From: Pseudomonadota bacterium
GTDB taxonomy: Bacteria; Pseudomonadota; Gammaproteobacteria; Steroidobacterales; Steroidobacteraceae
DNA: 64,000 nt
Direction of reading: 5' to 3'
Assembly (NCBI GenBank): GCA_026398735.1
Contig: JAPLSH010000014.1
Location: 145,697-209,696, forward strand
A program made the position numbers and the translations under genes. The notes below the pieces were generated by a model. That model worked only from the letters and a program-made list of their open reading frames with translations, was not told the DNA's origin and did no database searches. This document shows positions 45,271 to 55,867 of this stretch, in pieces. Every line of letters begins with the position of its first letter. The stretch's first letter is position 1.

Positions 45271-46833
45271 ATGAGTGGCGCCATCTTTCGTAAAACCAGC
45301 ATCGTCGGGCTGGCCACGCTGCTCTCGCGGGTCACTGGCCTGCTGCGCGAAATCATTTATGCCCAGAGCTTTGGCGCCAGTGCCTTCATGGATGCCTTTC
45401 TGGTCGCCTTCAAGATACCCAACTTCCTGCGCCGGCTATTTGCCGAGGGCGCCTTCTCGCAGTCGTTTGTGCCGGTTATCTCTGAGCACAAGGTGCAGCG
45501 TAGCCACGACGAGGTGCGCGAGCTGGTGGCCGGTGTGTCGGGCACGCTGGGCGCGGTGTTGCTGGTGCTCAGCGCCATCGGTGTGATTGCGGCGCCGGTC
45601 ATCATCTTCCTGTTTGCGCCGGGCTTCACCGGCACTGCCGGCAAGTACGAGATGGCCGTGCAGATGCTGCGCTGGACCTTTCCCTATCTGTTTTTCATCT
45701 CGCTGACGGCGCTGTTCTCAGGCGTGCTCAACAGCTATGGCCGGTTCGCCATTCCCGCGTTGACCAGTGTGGTGATGAACACGGTGATGATCGGTGCGAC
45801 GCTGCTGGCCGCTACACACAGCAGTAACCCGGGCCTGACCATGTCTATCGGCGTGTTCGTGGCGGGTGTTATCCAGCTGGGTTTTCAGTTGCCCGCTGTG
45901 GCCAAGTTGCACTTGTTGGCGTGGCCACGCTGGCGACCTGCGATGGCTGGAGTGCGGCGCATCGGTGCCTTGATGGTGCCTGGCATTATTGGTTCGTCGA
46001 TGGCGCAGGTCAGTTTGCTGCTCGATACGCTGATCGCCTCTTTTTTGGCCACAGGCAGCATTGCTTGGCTGTATTACGCCGATCGCTTGATGGAGTTTCC
46101 ATTAGGCGTATTTAGCATTGCGCTGGCCACGGTGATCTTGCCGGGTCTGTCTGCAAATCATGCACAGAATTCTCGCGAACAGTTCAGCCAGACCCTCGAC
46201 TGGGCACTGCGCCTGACGGTGCTTTTAGCCACGCCTGCGGCTGTAGCGCTGTTGGCGTTTGCAGGACCTTTGACGGCCACAATCTTTGGTTATGGCCGCT
46301 TTAATGAGGGTGATGTGCGGATGGCCAGCTATGCGCTGATGGCCTATTCGTGGGGCTTGCTGGGTTTCTCGTTTGTCAAAGTGCTGGCGCCGGGCTACTT
46401 CGCAAGACAAGACACCCGCGCACCGGTGCGCATCGGGTTGACCGCGTTGGCCTGCACCATGACGCTCAACGTACTGGTGGTGTTCCCTGCAGCAAAGTTG
46501 GGCTTTCCTGTGCCGCATGTGTTGCTGGCCACCACCACCTGCATCGGCGCAGCCATCAATACCGTGCTGCTATGGCGCGGTTTGGTGCGCGCCGGCGTGC
46601 TGCGTCATGCGCCGGGTTGGGGCGCGTTTTTATGGCGCGTGGTGCTGGCCAACGTGGTCATGGCAGTGGTGTTGTGGGGGCTCGGTGGTGATCTTGCCGA
46701 ATGGACCACCCTGCACGCAGTGCAGCGCGTTGCACGTTTGGCCGGCTGCGTGATGTTGGCAGCTTGTGTGTATTTCGCAGTGTTGTTTGCCACAGGGCTG
46801 CGGTATCAACATCTGCGTGCCGCGGATCGCTGA
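45271..46833 (+). CDS. murJ: lipid II flippase MurJ (MviN)
   Basis: N-terminal LLSRVTGLLREIIYAQSFGAS..DAFLVAFKIPNFLRRLFAEGAFSQSFVP. About 14 TM. 520 aa. Confidence 0.9.
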   Translation: MSGAIFRKTSIVGLATLLSRVTGLLREIIYAQSFGASAFMDAFLVAFKIPNFLRRLFAEGAFSQSFVPVISEHKVQRSHDEVRELVAGVSGTLGAVLLVLSAIGVIAAPVIIFLFAPGFTGTAGKYEMAVQMLRWTFPYLFFISLTALFSGVLNSYGRFAIPALTSVVMNTVMIGATLLAATHSSNPGLTMSIGVFVAGVIQLGFQLPAVAKLHLLAWPRWRPAMAGVRRIGALMVPGIIGSSMAQVSLLLDTLIASFLATGSIAWLYYADRLMEFPLGVFSIALATVILPGLSANHAQNSREQFSQTLDWALRLTVLLATPAAVALLAFAGPLTATIFGYGRFNEGDVRMASYALMAYSWGLLGFSFVKVLAPGYFARQDTRAPVRIGLTALACTMTLNVLVVFPAAKLGFPVPHVLLATTTCIGAAINTVLLWRGLVRAGVLRHAPGWGAFLWRVVLANVVMAVVLWGLGGDLAEWTTLHAVQRVARLAGCVMLAACVYFAVLFATGLRYQHLRAADR

Positions 46834-47780
46834 TGCAACTGCTGCGCAAACTCGTGCCGTCCCGCACCGCCGGCGGTCAGGTGGTCACCATCGGCAGCTT
46901 TGATGGCCTGCATGTGGGGCATCGTGAGTTGTTGCGCCGGGCGCTCTCGCATGCGCAGTTGCGTGGGCTTGCTAGCGTCATGCTTACCTTTGAGCCCCTA
47001 CCGCGCGAGTTCTTCTCGCCGCAGTCGCCACCGCCACGGCTCAGTTGCTTGCGTGAGCGCTATCGGCTGTTGCAGGGCACCGGTCTCGATACGCTATGTG
47101 TGCTGCGATTTGACGCTGCCCTGCGTCAGATGGACGCAGAGGCCTTTGCCAGGTTGCTGCAGCAGGCACAGGTGCGACAGGTGGTGGTGGGACACGACTT
47201 CAAAGCAGCACGCGATGGTGCTGCCACGGCGCTCTGGCTGCAGCAGCAGGGGCCGCGATTGGGTTTTGAGGTGGAGATCGTGCAGCCGGTGCTGGTTGAT
47301 GGGTTGCGGGTCAGCAGCCGGGCGGTGCGCGAGGCGCTGCGCGCTGGCGACTTGCTCCTGGCTGAGCGCCTGTTGGGTCGTCGCTATGCCATGACCGGTC
47401 GGGTGCAGCGCGGTCAGCAGTTGGGCCGCACCTTGGGGTATCCAACTGCCAACCTGCGGTTGTCGCGGCGCAGTTCGCCCTGTGACGGTATCTTTGCGGT
47501 GCGCGTGCACGGGGTGCGCGGGGTGCGCGATGATGCGACGGGCCGGCGCGGTTTGCCCGGTGTTGCCAGCTTGGGCACGCGACCGACCGTGCAGGGTCGC
47601 GAGCCGTTGCTGGAGACGCACCTGTTCGATTTTGAGGGTGACCTTTACGGCCAAGAGATCGAGGTGGAGTTCGTGGCGCGATTGCGCGGCGAACAGCATT
47701 TTGATTCGCTGGATTTGATGGTGGAACAGATTCATCGCGACGCGGCGCAAGCCCGTGCGGTGCTGGCCGCTAATCGCTGA
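46833..47780 (+). CDS. ribF: bifunctional riboflavin kinase / FMN adenylyltransferase
   Basis: Start MQLLRKL (ATG 46833, TGATG overlap with murJ). IGSFDGLHVGH. C-terminal kinase GRTLGYPTANL..THLFDFEGDLYG. Confidence 0.9.
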   Translation: MQLLRKLVPSRTAGGQVVTIGSFDGLHVGHRELLRRALSHAQLRGLASVMLTFEPLPREFFSPQSPPPRLSCLRERYRLLQGTGLDTLCVLRFDAALRQMDAEAFARLLQQAQVRQVVVGHDFKAARDGAATALWLQQQGPRLGFEVEIVQPVLVDGLRVSSRAVREALRAGDLLLAERLLGRRYAMTGRVQRGQQLGRTLGYPTANLRLSRRSSPCDGIFAVRVHGVRGVRDDATGRRGLPGVASLGTRPTVQGREPLLETHLFDFEGDLYGQEIEVEFVARLRGEQHFDSLDLMVEQIHRDAAQARAVLAANR

Positions 47781-47802
47781 ACTGAAGCTGGAGCAAGACC
47801 GG

Positions 47803-50640
47803 GTGACAGACTACAAGCAGACAGTAAACCTGCCGCAAACCGACTTCCCGATGAAGGCCGATCTGGCCCGTCGTGAAGCGCCCTTGCAGGCGTGGTGGGA
47901 GAGCCAGGACATCTACGGCAAGCTGCGTGCTCAGTCGGTCGGTCGTCCGCGCTTTGCGCTGCACGATGGTCCGCCGTATGCCAACGGCGTGATTCACATC
48001 GGTCATGCCACCAACAAGGTGCTCAAAGACTTCATCGTCAAGTCGCGCACGCTCGACGGCTGTGATTCTCCTTACATTCCCGGTTGGGATTGCCATGGCT
48101 TGCCCATCGAACTGCAGGTTGAAAAAAAGCATGGCCGCGTGGGTCAGAAGCTCGATGCGCGCGCGTTTCGCGCTGCCTGTCGTGCCTATGCGCATGAGCA
48201 AGTTGAGTTACAGCGCAAAGACTTCAAGCGTCTGGGCATCCTGGGCGATTGGGATAAGCCTTATCTGACGATGGATCCATCGTTCGAAGCGCAGCAGATC
48301 CGCGGGCTGGGCAAGGTGATTGCCAACGGTCACTTGTACAAGGGCGCAAAGCCCGTGCACTGGTGTCTGGATTGCCGCTCGGCATTGGCCGAGGCCGAGG
48401 TCGAATACGAAGACAAGACCTCTGCAGCCATCGATGTGGCTTTTGCGGTGGTCGATGGCGCAGATCTGGCTAAACGTGTGGGCGCAGCCGACGCCGCCAC
48501 TGTGCCAGCTTCACTGGTGATCTGGACTACTACACCTTGGACGCTGCCTGCCAATGAGGCGGTGGCCTTGCGTGCCGATCTGGAATACGTGCTAGTCGAA
48601 GTGCAACGCGAACATGGCACTGAGCGATTGCTGCTGGCCGAAGGCCTGCGCGATGTATGCCTGACACGCTATGGCTTAGCAGCGGTGCGTGAGGTGGCCC
48701 GCTGCACCGGCGCGGCGCTTGAGGGATTGCAGTTGGCACACCCGTTCTTGCCGAAGCAGGTGCCGGTGGTGCTGGGCGATCACGTAACGCTCGAAGCCGG
48801 TACGGGTGCAGTGCACACCGCGCCGGCGCATGGTCAGGACGATTTTATTGTCGGTCGCCAGTACGGCTTGCCGGTGGTCAATCCGGTGGGTGGCGATGGC
48901 CGCTTCTTTGCCGATACACCGATCGTCGGTGGACAGAAGATTGATGAAGGCGGCAAGCAGCTCATCGAGTTGATGCAGACCAGTGGCCGTCTGCTGCGGC
49001 ATGAGCCCTTGCGTCATAGCTATCCGCATTGCTGGCGCCACAAGTCGCCGGTCATCTTTCGCGCCACGCCGCAATGGTTCATCTCGATGGACCAGAACGG
49101 CCTGCGTGCCGGAGCGCTGCGCGACATCGCCACAGTGAGGTGGATTCCTGCGTGGGGTGAGCAGCGCATCAGCGGCATGATTGCCGGTCGCCCGGACTGG
49201 TGCATCTCGCGCCAGCGCACATGGGGTGTTCCCATCACGCTGTTTGTGCACAAAGAAAGCGGCGAGCTGCATCCGCGCACCCAGCAGATCATCCAGACCG
49301 TGGCTGCGATGGTTGAGAAGGACGGCATCGACGCGTGGTTCGATACTGAATCTGCAACGCTCATCGGTGCCGACGATGCACAGGTCTATGACAAGGTCAC
49401 CGATGTCATGGACGTGTGGGCTGACTCTGGTTCCAGCTTCGAGTGTGTGGCCCATACGCGCCCAGAGCTTGCCGGCCCGGTCGAGATGTACTTGGAAGGC
49501 TCGGATCAACATCGTGGTTGGTTCCACAGTTCGCTGCTGATGTCCGAAGCGTTGTATGGCCGTGCGCCCTACAAGAACGTGCTGACGCACGGTTTCACTG
49601 TTGACGACAAGGGCCGCAAGATGTCCAAGTCGTTGGGCAACGTAGTGGCCCCCGACAAAGTGGTGTCGACGCTCGGTGCCGATGTGCTGCGCCTGTGGGT
49701 GGCCTCGACCGACTACACCAGCGAGATGACCTGCTCTGACGAGATCTTAAAGCGCACGTCAGACAGCTATCGCAGGCTGCGCAACACCGTGCGCTTTTTG
49801 CTGGGCAACTTGCATGGCTTTGATCCGCAGCGCGATGCCGTGCCGGCAGATCAGCTGGTGCAACTGGATGCCTGGGCTATTGCACGTGCAGCGCAGTTGC
49901 AGGATGAGGTGATTGCGGCCTATCGCGATTATCAGTTCCTGTCGGTCTACCAGAAGGTGCATGGCTTTTGCGTGGCAGAGCTGGGCGGCCTGTATCTGGA
50001 TGTGATCAAGGATCGTCTATACACCACGCCGGCCGGCAGCGTAGCGCGCCGCAGTGCCCAGACCGCCATGTATCACATCGCCCATGCGATGACGCGTTGG
50101 CTCGCACCCATCCTGTCGTTTACTGCCGAAGAGATCTGGCAGCACTTGCCCGGTGCCGCGCAGCGGGCCGAGTCTGTGTTCCTGACTCAGTGGTATCAGC
50201 TGCCAGCCATGCCGTCACAGGCCATTGACTGGGCTGCGCTGGTGCAACTGCGTGCGGCAGTGCTGCGGCAACTGGAAGTGCTGCGCGATGCCGGCAGCAT
50301 CGGTGCGCCGCTGGATGCAGAGCTGGATGTGTACTGCCTGCCTGCGCAGTTGGCTGCGCTGTCGGCGCTGGGTGATGAACTGCGGTTTTTCACGATTACC
50401 TCTGCGGCGCGCGTGCATGCGGTTGCAGCAGAGCAAGTGCCGGCCGATGCACAGCCGGCAGATACCGGTGCCGGTGTAGTTGAGGGTGTGTGGCTGCGCG
50501 TGCAGCCCGCGGCACCTGCCAAGTGCGTGCGCTGCTGGCACAAGCGCGAAGATGTGGGCAGTCATGCCGAGCATCCGGAACTGTGCGCTCGCTGCGCTGG
50601 CAATGTGATGGGCCTGCCTGAAACAAGGCGGTTCGCATGA
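47803..50640 (+). CDS. ileS: isoleucine--tRNA ligase
   Basis: HIGH-type PPYANGVIHIGHA, KMSKS motif, C-terminal Zn knuckles CVRCW..CARC. GTG 47803 start (MTDYKQTVNLP) after GGAG. Confidence 0.95.
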   Translation: MTDYKQTVNLPQTDFPMKADLARREAPLQAWWESQDIYGKLRAQSVGRPRFALHDGPPYANGVIHIGHATNKVLKDFIVKSRTLDGCDSPYIPGWDCHGLPIELQVEKKHGRVGQKLDARAFRAACRAYAHEQVELQRKDFKRLGILGDWDKPYLTMDPSFEAQQIRGLGKVIANGHLYKGAKPVHWCLDCRSALAEAEVEYEDKTSAAIDVAFAVVDGADLAKRVGAADAATVPASLVIWTTTPWTLPANEAVALRADLEYVLVEVQREHGTERLLLAEGLRDVCLTRYGLAAVREVARCTGAALEGLQLAHPFLPKQVPVVLGDHVTLEAGTGAVHTAPAHGQDDFIVGRQYGLPVVNPVGGDGRFFADTPIVGGQKIDEGGKQLIELMQTSGRLLRHEPLRHSYPHCWRHKSPVIFRATPQWFISMDQNGLRAGALRDIATVRWIPAWGEQRISGMIAGRPDWCISRQRTWGVPITLFVHKESGELHPRTQQIIQTVAAMVEKDGIDAWFDTESATLIGADDAQVYDKVTDVMDVWADSGSSFECVAHTRPELAGPVEMYLEGSDQHRGWFHSSLLMSEALYGRAPYKNVLTHGFTVDDKGRKMSKSLGNVVAPDKVVSTLGADVLRLWVASTDYTSEMTCSDEILKRTSDSYRRLRNTVRFLLGNLHGFDPQRDAVPADQLVQLDAWAIARAAQLQDEVIAAYRDYQFLSVYQKVHGFCVAELGGLYLDVIKDRLYTTPAGSVARRSAQTAMYHIAHAMTRWLAPILSFTAEEIWQHLPGAAQRAESVFLTQWYQLPAMPSQAIDWAALVQLRAAVLRQLEVLRDAGSIGAPLDAELDVYCLPAQLAALSALGDELRFFTITSAARVHAVAAEQVPADAQPADTGAGVVEGVWLRVQPAAPAKCVRCWHKREDVGSHAEHPELCARCAGNVMGLPETRRFA

Positions 50641-51182
50641 GTACGCCGGGCAGCACCCACAGCGCGCCGCAGCCAGTGGCGTTGCCAATCCGTCACAGTG
50701 GTCTGCCGTGGTTGGCATTGTCGTTGGTAGGCGTGATTGCCGATCAGGCCAGTAAGGCTTGGGTGGTGGCTAACTTTCAGCTGTATGAAACGCGCACGCT
50801 GTGGCCAATGCTGGACTTCATACATACGCGCAATACCGGCGCAGCCTTCAGCTTTTTGGCCAATGCTGGAGGCTGGCAGCGCTGGCTGTTTGCAGTGCTG
50901 GCGCTGGGTGTCAGTGGCGTGATTGTGGTGTGGTTGCGGCGCACGGTGGCCGCCTTGCAGCCCCTGCTGGTAGTGGGTTTGTCGCTAGTCCTGTCGGGTG
51001 CCGTGGGTAATGTGATTGACCGCTTGCGGCTCGGTTATGTGGTGGACTTTGTGGCGGCGCACTGGAACAACCACTATTTCCCAGCCTTCAATATTGCCGA
51101 CAGCTGTATTACGGTTGGCGCCGGCTTGTTGATCCTCGATGCCCTGCTGTCCGGCAGGGCCAAGGTTGCCGGGGGACAGTAA
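50637..51182 (+). CDS. lspA: lipoprotein signal peptidase (signal peptidase II)
   Basis: [46 protein letters not shown] overlap with ileS. Confidence 0.9.
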   Translation: MSTPGSTHSAPQPVALPIRHSGLPWLALSLVGVIADQASKAWVVANFQLYETRTLWPMLDFIHTRNTGAAFSFLANAGGWQRWLFAVLALGVSGVIVVWLRRTVAALQPLLVVGLSLVLSGAVGNVIDRLRLGYVVDFVAAHWNNHYFPAFNIADSCITVGAGLLILDALLSGRAKVAGGQ

Positions 51183-52138
51183 TGAAGATTCTGCTCGCCA
51201 ATCCACGCGGCTTTTGTGCCGGTGTTGATCGCGCTATCGATATTGTCGAGCGCGCTATCGACCTGTTTGGTGCGCCCATTCATGTGCGTCACGAAGTCGT
51301 GCACAACCGCCAGGTTGTTGAACGCCTGCGGGCGTTGGGGGCCGTCTTCATCGAAGAGCTGTCCGAGGTGCCGGCTGGTGCCACGCTCATCTTCAGCGCA
51401 CATGGTGTGTCCAGTGCCGTCGAGGCTGAAGCCGCGCAGCGCGGCTTTACGGTATTTGATGCCACCTGTCCGCTGGTCACCAAGGTGCACCTGGAAGTGG
51501 CCCGTCATGCGCGCGATGCGCGCGATGTGGTGTTGATTGGCCATGCCGGTCACCCGGAAGTGGAAGGCACCATGGGTCGCTTTGATCCTGCCTATGGTGG
51601 CTGCATTCATCTGGTTGAAGATGTGGCAGGAGCGGAGGCGTTGCAGGTGTCGCGCCCCGAGACACTGGCCTTTGTTACGCAGACCACGCTGTCGGTCGAT
51701 GACACGCAGGCCATCGTGCAGGTGTTGCGTCGGCGCTTTCCGCAGCTGGCCGCGCCGCGCATCGAAGACATTTGCTACGCCACGCAGAATCGCCAAGACG
51801 CGGTCAAAAAGCTGTTGCTGCAGTCCGATGCCTTGGTGGTGGTGGGTTCGGCAAGCAGTTCCAATTCAAATCGATTGCGTGAGCTGGGCGAGCGCGCCGG
51901 TGTGCCGTCGTTCCTGGTTGATGGGCCAGCCGATCTGCAGCAGCACTGGTTCGCCGGATGCAAGGCTGTGGGTGTGACGGCCGGTGCCTCGGCTCCCGAG
52001 TTGCTGGTGTCGCAGGTGGTGGCGCAGTTGCAGTTGTGGGGCGGCAAGGTTGCCGAGGAACTGGTGGGCCGCCCTGAGAATGTGGTGTTCAGTCTGCCGC
52101 GTGCGCTGCGCAAGGTGCAGCGCAGTCCGGACGCTTAG
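51182..52138 (+). CDS. ispH: 4-hydroxy-3-methylbut-2-enyl diphosphate reductase
   Basis: [19 protein letters not shown], conserved Cys contexts ([22 protein letters not shown]). TAATG overlap with lspA. Confidence 0.95.
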   Translation: MKILLANPRGFCAGVDRAIDIVERAIDLFGAPIHVRHEVVHNRQVVERLRALGAVFIEELSEVPAGATLIFSAHGVSSAVEAEAAQRGFTVFDATCPLVTKVHLEVARHARDARDVVLIGHAGHPEVEGTMGRFDPAYGGCIHLVEDVAGAEALQVSRPETLAFVTQTTLSVDDTQAIVQVLRRRFPQLAAPRIEDICYATQNRQDAVKKLLLQSDALVVVGSASSSNSNRLRELGERAGVPSFLVDGPADLQQHWFAGCKAVGVTAGASAPELLVSQVVAQLQLWGGKVAEELVGRPENVVFSLPRALRKVQRSPDA

Positions 52139-52560
52139 CGCCAGCAGTCGATGCCTGCGGCAGGTTCACTGCCGCGTCGGCCCAGTTCATCGATCCACAA
52201 TAGTGTGCAGGCGCCATCGCTGGCTTGGGTGCCGCCGTGCACAGGGCGTGCCTCGGCTCTATAGGCTTGGGCGTCATCAGTCGTGTGCAGTAGCAGATCG
52301 TAGCGATGGTGTTCGCTGCGTGACGCAAGGCCCAGTCCGGTGTCGTCGGTGGCCTCTAGCGTCATCGCATAGCGCAGGCGCTGCGCATACCAACGTTCTT
52401 GCGCAGTGTGTATGTGTAACAAGGCCAGGCGCGCTTCGTTGCGATGCACACGCTGCAGCAGCATTTGCATTGTTGGTATAGCCATGCCCGCCAGAGTGAC
52501 TATGAGCGTCATGACGCATAGCAGCTCGATCAGGCTGTAGCCCTGGTGCTCAGTCCGCAT
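52135..52560 (-). CDS. pilE: type IV pilus minor pilin PilE
   Basis: Start at MRTEHQG|YSLIELL (ATG 52560). Class III leader with Glu+5. C-terminal [20 protein letters not shown]. Confidence 0.75.
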   Translation of the reverse strand: MRTEHQGYSLIELLCVMTLIVTLAGMAIPTMQMLLQRVHRNEARLALLHIHTAQERWYAQRLRYAMTLEATDDTGLGLASRSEHHRYDLLLHTTDDAQAYRAEARPVHGGTQASDGACTLLWIDELGRRGSEPAAGIDCWR

Positions 52561-54043
52561 CGTCGCGTCGCCAATACAGCTGGCGCGGTGGCGGTAGTGC
52601 AGGGCAGGCCGCAAGAGGCGTGTCATCGAGTTGGCAGCCGGCCGTGTGCGGCTCTGCAGTCGGCGGTGTGGGTGTTAGTGCCGCATCCACTCGATCGACA
52701 GCAGTGATTTGCATTGCACGGTCTTGCGCATCATTGCGACCGTCTTGGTTCAGATCCAGAGCCGGCTGGCCTGTAACAGCCGACACTGCACCGACGGCCA
52801 CTTGCACTTGCGGCTGACGGTTGCGGCAGGCAAGCGACTCTAAAGGCGGTGGCGAGAGAACTTGTGTGAACAGCAACACGCCACCCAAGGTTAATGCACG
52901 CGTCATGGATTGACCCTGGCCCAGCGGCAGTTGCCAGCCAGGTGCTGCATTGCTGATGCCGTGCAGGCTGCTGTCGTTGAGCATGGGCAGGTCGGGCGCA
53001 CTCAAGGCAAGCCGCGCATCAAACTGTTGCTGTGTCTGAGTGGTGTAGGGCTGTCGATCCCGCACAACGAACAGGCTTTGTTTACCAGCAACACTAAGGC
53101 CGGTCGCTACACTACCCAGTGCGATGTTGAACCATTGCTGGGCACCTTGGCGCAGCAGGGTGACATCGGCGGCAGCCAGAAAGCCGCGCGATAGCGGGTA
53201 GGCAGGATCGGCCAACTGCGCAAGCACACCACCTGCAGCCAGGAGTGTGGCTGGTGCGCCAGGTGTGAAGTCGAAGCGCCACAGGGCGGCATTCCAGTCG
53301 CCGACATACAGGCGATCTATTTGGCCATCGTTGTTGGTGTCGAGCACGGTCACTGCCGCCGCTATAGCGTGTTGCATAGAGGCGAAAGACTGGTCTGCAC
53401 CACTGCCCGTTGGACCGGCGCGCCACAGCAGTCGACCGTCTTGCGCGTCGAGCGCCAGCACCTGCGCACCGCTGCGTGCCGAGCTGGTTGCCGTGGCTTT
53501 GCGGGGCAAGCCTGCACCCAGCAACACTACCCACTGCGCGCTGTCGTGGTTGAGTTGGCCTATGCGCAGTCTTGCTGCAGTGGGTGCAACCACCACGTCT
53601 GCCAAGCTGACCAGTTGATGGTCATCCTGCCTCCATAACAGCTGCGGCGGCCCCGGAGTGCTGAGCTCTAAAGCCGCCACGGCAGAGTGACTTTGGCCTT
53701 GGGATAGCCAACGGATCGACAGCAGCAAACGGGCGCGGTCACCCTGAGCAGCGTTGATGAGTCCGTCACCGTTGGCATCTTGCAGCAGCGGTACGATCCA
53801 CAGTTGACCTGTGCAATCGCTGCCATTAACCGCTTGCTGAACTTGATAGCTCCAGCGCGGCGTGCCGTCTGTATCGCGGGCGCGCAGGGTGAGCCCTGTG
53901 CTGTCGAGTTGCACGCGGTTGCCCGGCAGTGTGCTGGCATAGGCCAGTTGCACCGATGGCATGGCATGGCAGGGCGGCGTTAGCCACGGCCATAGCGCGG
54001 CGCACGCCACGCCCCACACAAACCGTGCGCGCGGCATCATCAA
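52550..54043 (-). CDS. pilY1: short PilY1-like protein (C-terminal propeller domain only)
   Basis: Signal peptide. Ca-site-like LDTNNDGQIDRLYVGDWNAALWRFDF plus DANGDGLIN and DLNQDGRND. Only 497 aa. Confidence 0.7.
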   Translation of the reverse strand: MMMPRARFVWGVACAALWPWLTPPCHAMPSVQLAYASTLPGNRVQLDSTGLTLRARDTDGTPRWSYQVQQAVNGSDCTGQLWIVPLLQDANGDGLINAAQGDRARLLLSIRWLSQGQSHSAVAALELSTPGPPQLLWRQDDHQLVSLADVVVAPTAARLRIGQLNHDSAQWVVLLGAGLPRKATATSSARSGAQVLALDAQDGRLLWRAGPTGSGADQSFASMQHAIAAAVTVLDTNNDGQIDRLYVGDWNAALWRFDFTPGAPATLLAAGGVLAQLADPAYPLSRGFLAAADVTLLRQGAQQWFNIALGSVATGLSVAGKQSLFVVRDRQPYTTQTQQQFDARLALSAPDLPMLNDSSLHGISNAAPGWQLPLGQGQSMTRALTLGGVLLFTQVLSPPPLESLACRNRQPQVQVAVGAVSAVTGQPALDLNQDGRNDAQDRAMQITAVDRVDAALTPTPPTAEPHTAGCQLDDTPLAACPALPPPRQLYWRRDDAD

Positions 54044-54450
54044 AAAGGCTCGGTGCGTTGCAGCCCGACTGACACTTGCAGTCTTGCACCCCGCGCTGCG
54101 GTGCCGGTGGACTGCACTTGCAGGTGATGCGTGCGATACAGGTCTGCGCTATAGCCTTCTGCAGTGCTGTAGCCATGATCGAGCCACTGCACCTGCGCCT
54201 GTGCTTCGGCGGACACCACTGTGAAAGGCGGTGGCAGCGTGCTGCCTGGTGCGGGTGGTTGTTGCAGGGCTTGGGCGATGCCATTGCCGGCGGCATTGAA
54301 CACGGACTGACGCAGTTGCCATTGGGTGGCCAGCGCTCGCTCTGCTGCGGCATCGAGCAGTCCTTGGGTCAAGAGCAAGGACAGCAACGACAGCAGCAGC
54401 AGTACTAACGGCAGCACGACGCCTCGCTGTAACCGGCCGTGCGTAGTCAT
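54040..54450 (-). CDS. pilX: pilus assembly protein PilX
   Basis: PilX_N-like RLQRGVVLPLVLLLLSLLSLLLTQ and its position between pilW and pilY1. Confidence 0.6.
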   Translation of the reverse strand: MTTHGRLQRGVVLPLVLLLLSLLSLLLTQGLLDAAAERALATQWQLRQSVFNAAGNGIAQALQQPPAPGSTLPPPFTVVSAEAQAQVQWLDHGYSTAEGYSADLYRTHHLQVQSTGTAARGARLQVSVGLQRTEPF

Positions 54451-55322
54451 GTGCGCGGCGCATTGCGCAGGGTGATGCTGCGCGTCAGGTGCAGGGTGTT
54501 GTCGGCGGCGGTAGTGCCCACTTCGCTGCGATTGCTTGCCAGCTGCAACTGCAGTTGCACTGCCACTGCATGCGCGCCGGCAGGCAGTGCATCACCGCGC
54601 ACAAAGTGCACTGGTGCACCTGCTGCAGCTTGATAGCCCAGCAGCACTTGCAAGCCGCTGACGCCGGGTAGCACCTCGGTATCGATAAATGCGGGGCTAC
54701 CGGCATAGCGCGTAAGCGATTTGACGCGCAGTGCCGGCAGCGCGTTGTTGCTGCCGTCGGCACGACGCGCGATGTAGTAGCAGCGCACCAGCAAGTCGTG
54801 CAGTTCGATGTGGCCGGGCAGCAGTACGGTGCCTGCGGGTAGCGTGCCGTTGGCTAGCAGCGTGCTAACTGCAGGAGTGGCTGTGCTGGTGAGCAGTTGT
54901 AAGCGACCAGCATCCGGCGTTGCTGCAGCGATGGCACCACGGCGCACGATGAGCACATCGGTACCGGCCACCCAACCACCGCCTGCTGCGGCACAGGTCA
55001 GCGGCCAGTGGCCTGTACTGGCTTCGACTGCGACGGTCAGATTTTGGGCGAGGCCGGCGCCGCACCCGCTGGCACTGTTGCCTACAGCGGCGGTGCTGAT
55101 GCGGTCTGCAACGGTCAGTCCGTAGCCACCGGCCAGTTGCAGCTCGGGCTCGAGCACCGACAACACATAGAGCGCACGCTCTTGCAGCCGGTTGACCGAC
55201 TGCGCTTGATGCAATGCTGCGCGGCCTGCTGCAAAGGCCGACAGCGTGCCGGTGATAGCCAGCGAGCCCACGGCCAGACTCACTAACAGTTCGGGCAAGC
55301 TGAAGCCGCTGTGATGCCTCAT
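54447..55322 (-). CDS. pilW: type IV pilus minor pilin PilW
   Basis: Start at MRHHSG|FSLPELLVSLAVG (ATG 55322). The track ORF extends 150 codons upstream through Arg-rich junk. Confidence 0.75.
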   Translation of the reverse strand: MRHHSGFSLPELLVSLAVGSLAITGTLSAFAAGRAALHQAQSVNRLQERALYVLSVLEPELQLAGGYGLTVADRISTAAVGNSASGCGAGLAQNLTVAVEASTGHWPLTCAAAGGGWVAGTDVLIVRRGAIAAATPDAGRLQLLTSTATPAVSTLLANGTLPAGTVLLPGHIELHDLLVRCYYIARRADGSNNALPALRVKSLTRYAGSPAFIDTEVLPGVSGLQVLLGYQAAAGAPVHFVRGDALPAGAHAVAVQLQLQLASNRSEVGTTAADNTLHLTRSITLRNAPRT

Positions 55323-55750
55323 GACGACTGGGGCTGATGCGGCAGCTGGGCGATGTGGCTGGCGGCGGCGCCGTCGGCGGCGTCGATCCAATGCAGCTGT
55401 ATGCGCCAGCGCGCCGGCGAGCTCTGGGAGGCCGGCAGCAACTGCACGCTGGCCACGTCGTCTATCTTGCGCGCGCCGCTGCCGGGCATCAGCACTGCGG
55501 CAGCCTCTGACTGCCAGGCGCCCAGATCGGTGGCGGGGTCGGCTTGCAGCCGCTCGGCCAGTTCGGAGGCCAGCTCGATGGCCCGGACTCTTTGCAAGGC
55601 GGCCCGGCTGCCCCTTGCTGCCTGACTGCTGATCTGCAGTGCGTTCAGCGTACCCAGTACCAACAGGACAGTGGCCAATAGCGCCTCGATGAGACTGCTG
55701 CCGGCCTGCTTGCTGTGAGCCTTCCGTGGCCCCTGTGCGTCCCTGCCCAT
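55319..55750 (-). CDS. pilV: type IV pilus minor pilin PilV
   Basis: Start at MGRDAQGPRKAHSKQAG|SSLIEALLATVLLVLG (ATG 55750). 4-nt overlap with pilW. Confidence 0.7.
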   Translation of the reverse strand: MGRDAQGPRKAHSKQAGSSLIEALLATVLLVLGTLNALQISSQAARGSRAALQRVRAIELASELAERLQADPATDLGAWQSEAAAVLMPGSGARKIDDVASVQLLPASQSSPARWRIQLHWIDAADGAAASHIAQLPHQPQSS

Positions 55751-55867
55751 ACCGCGGCCTCTGTGTTGCCATGCATGCAGGCTAGAGATGCAGTGGTTGT
55801 CAGGACAGGCGACAAATTGCTGTAGTTGTGTCAAAACTATCGTCATCCCCTGTCGTGGCTGATTGGC

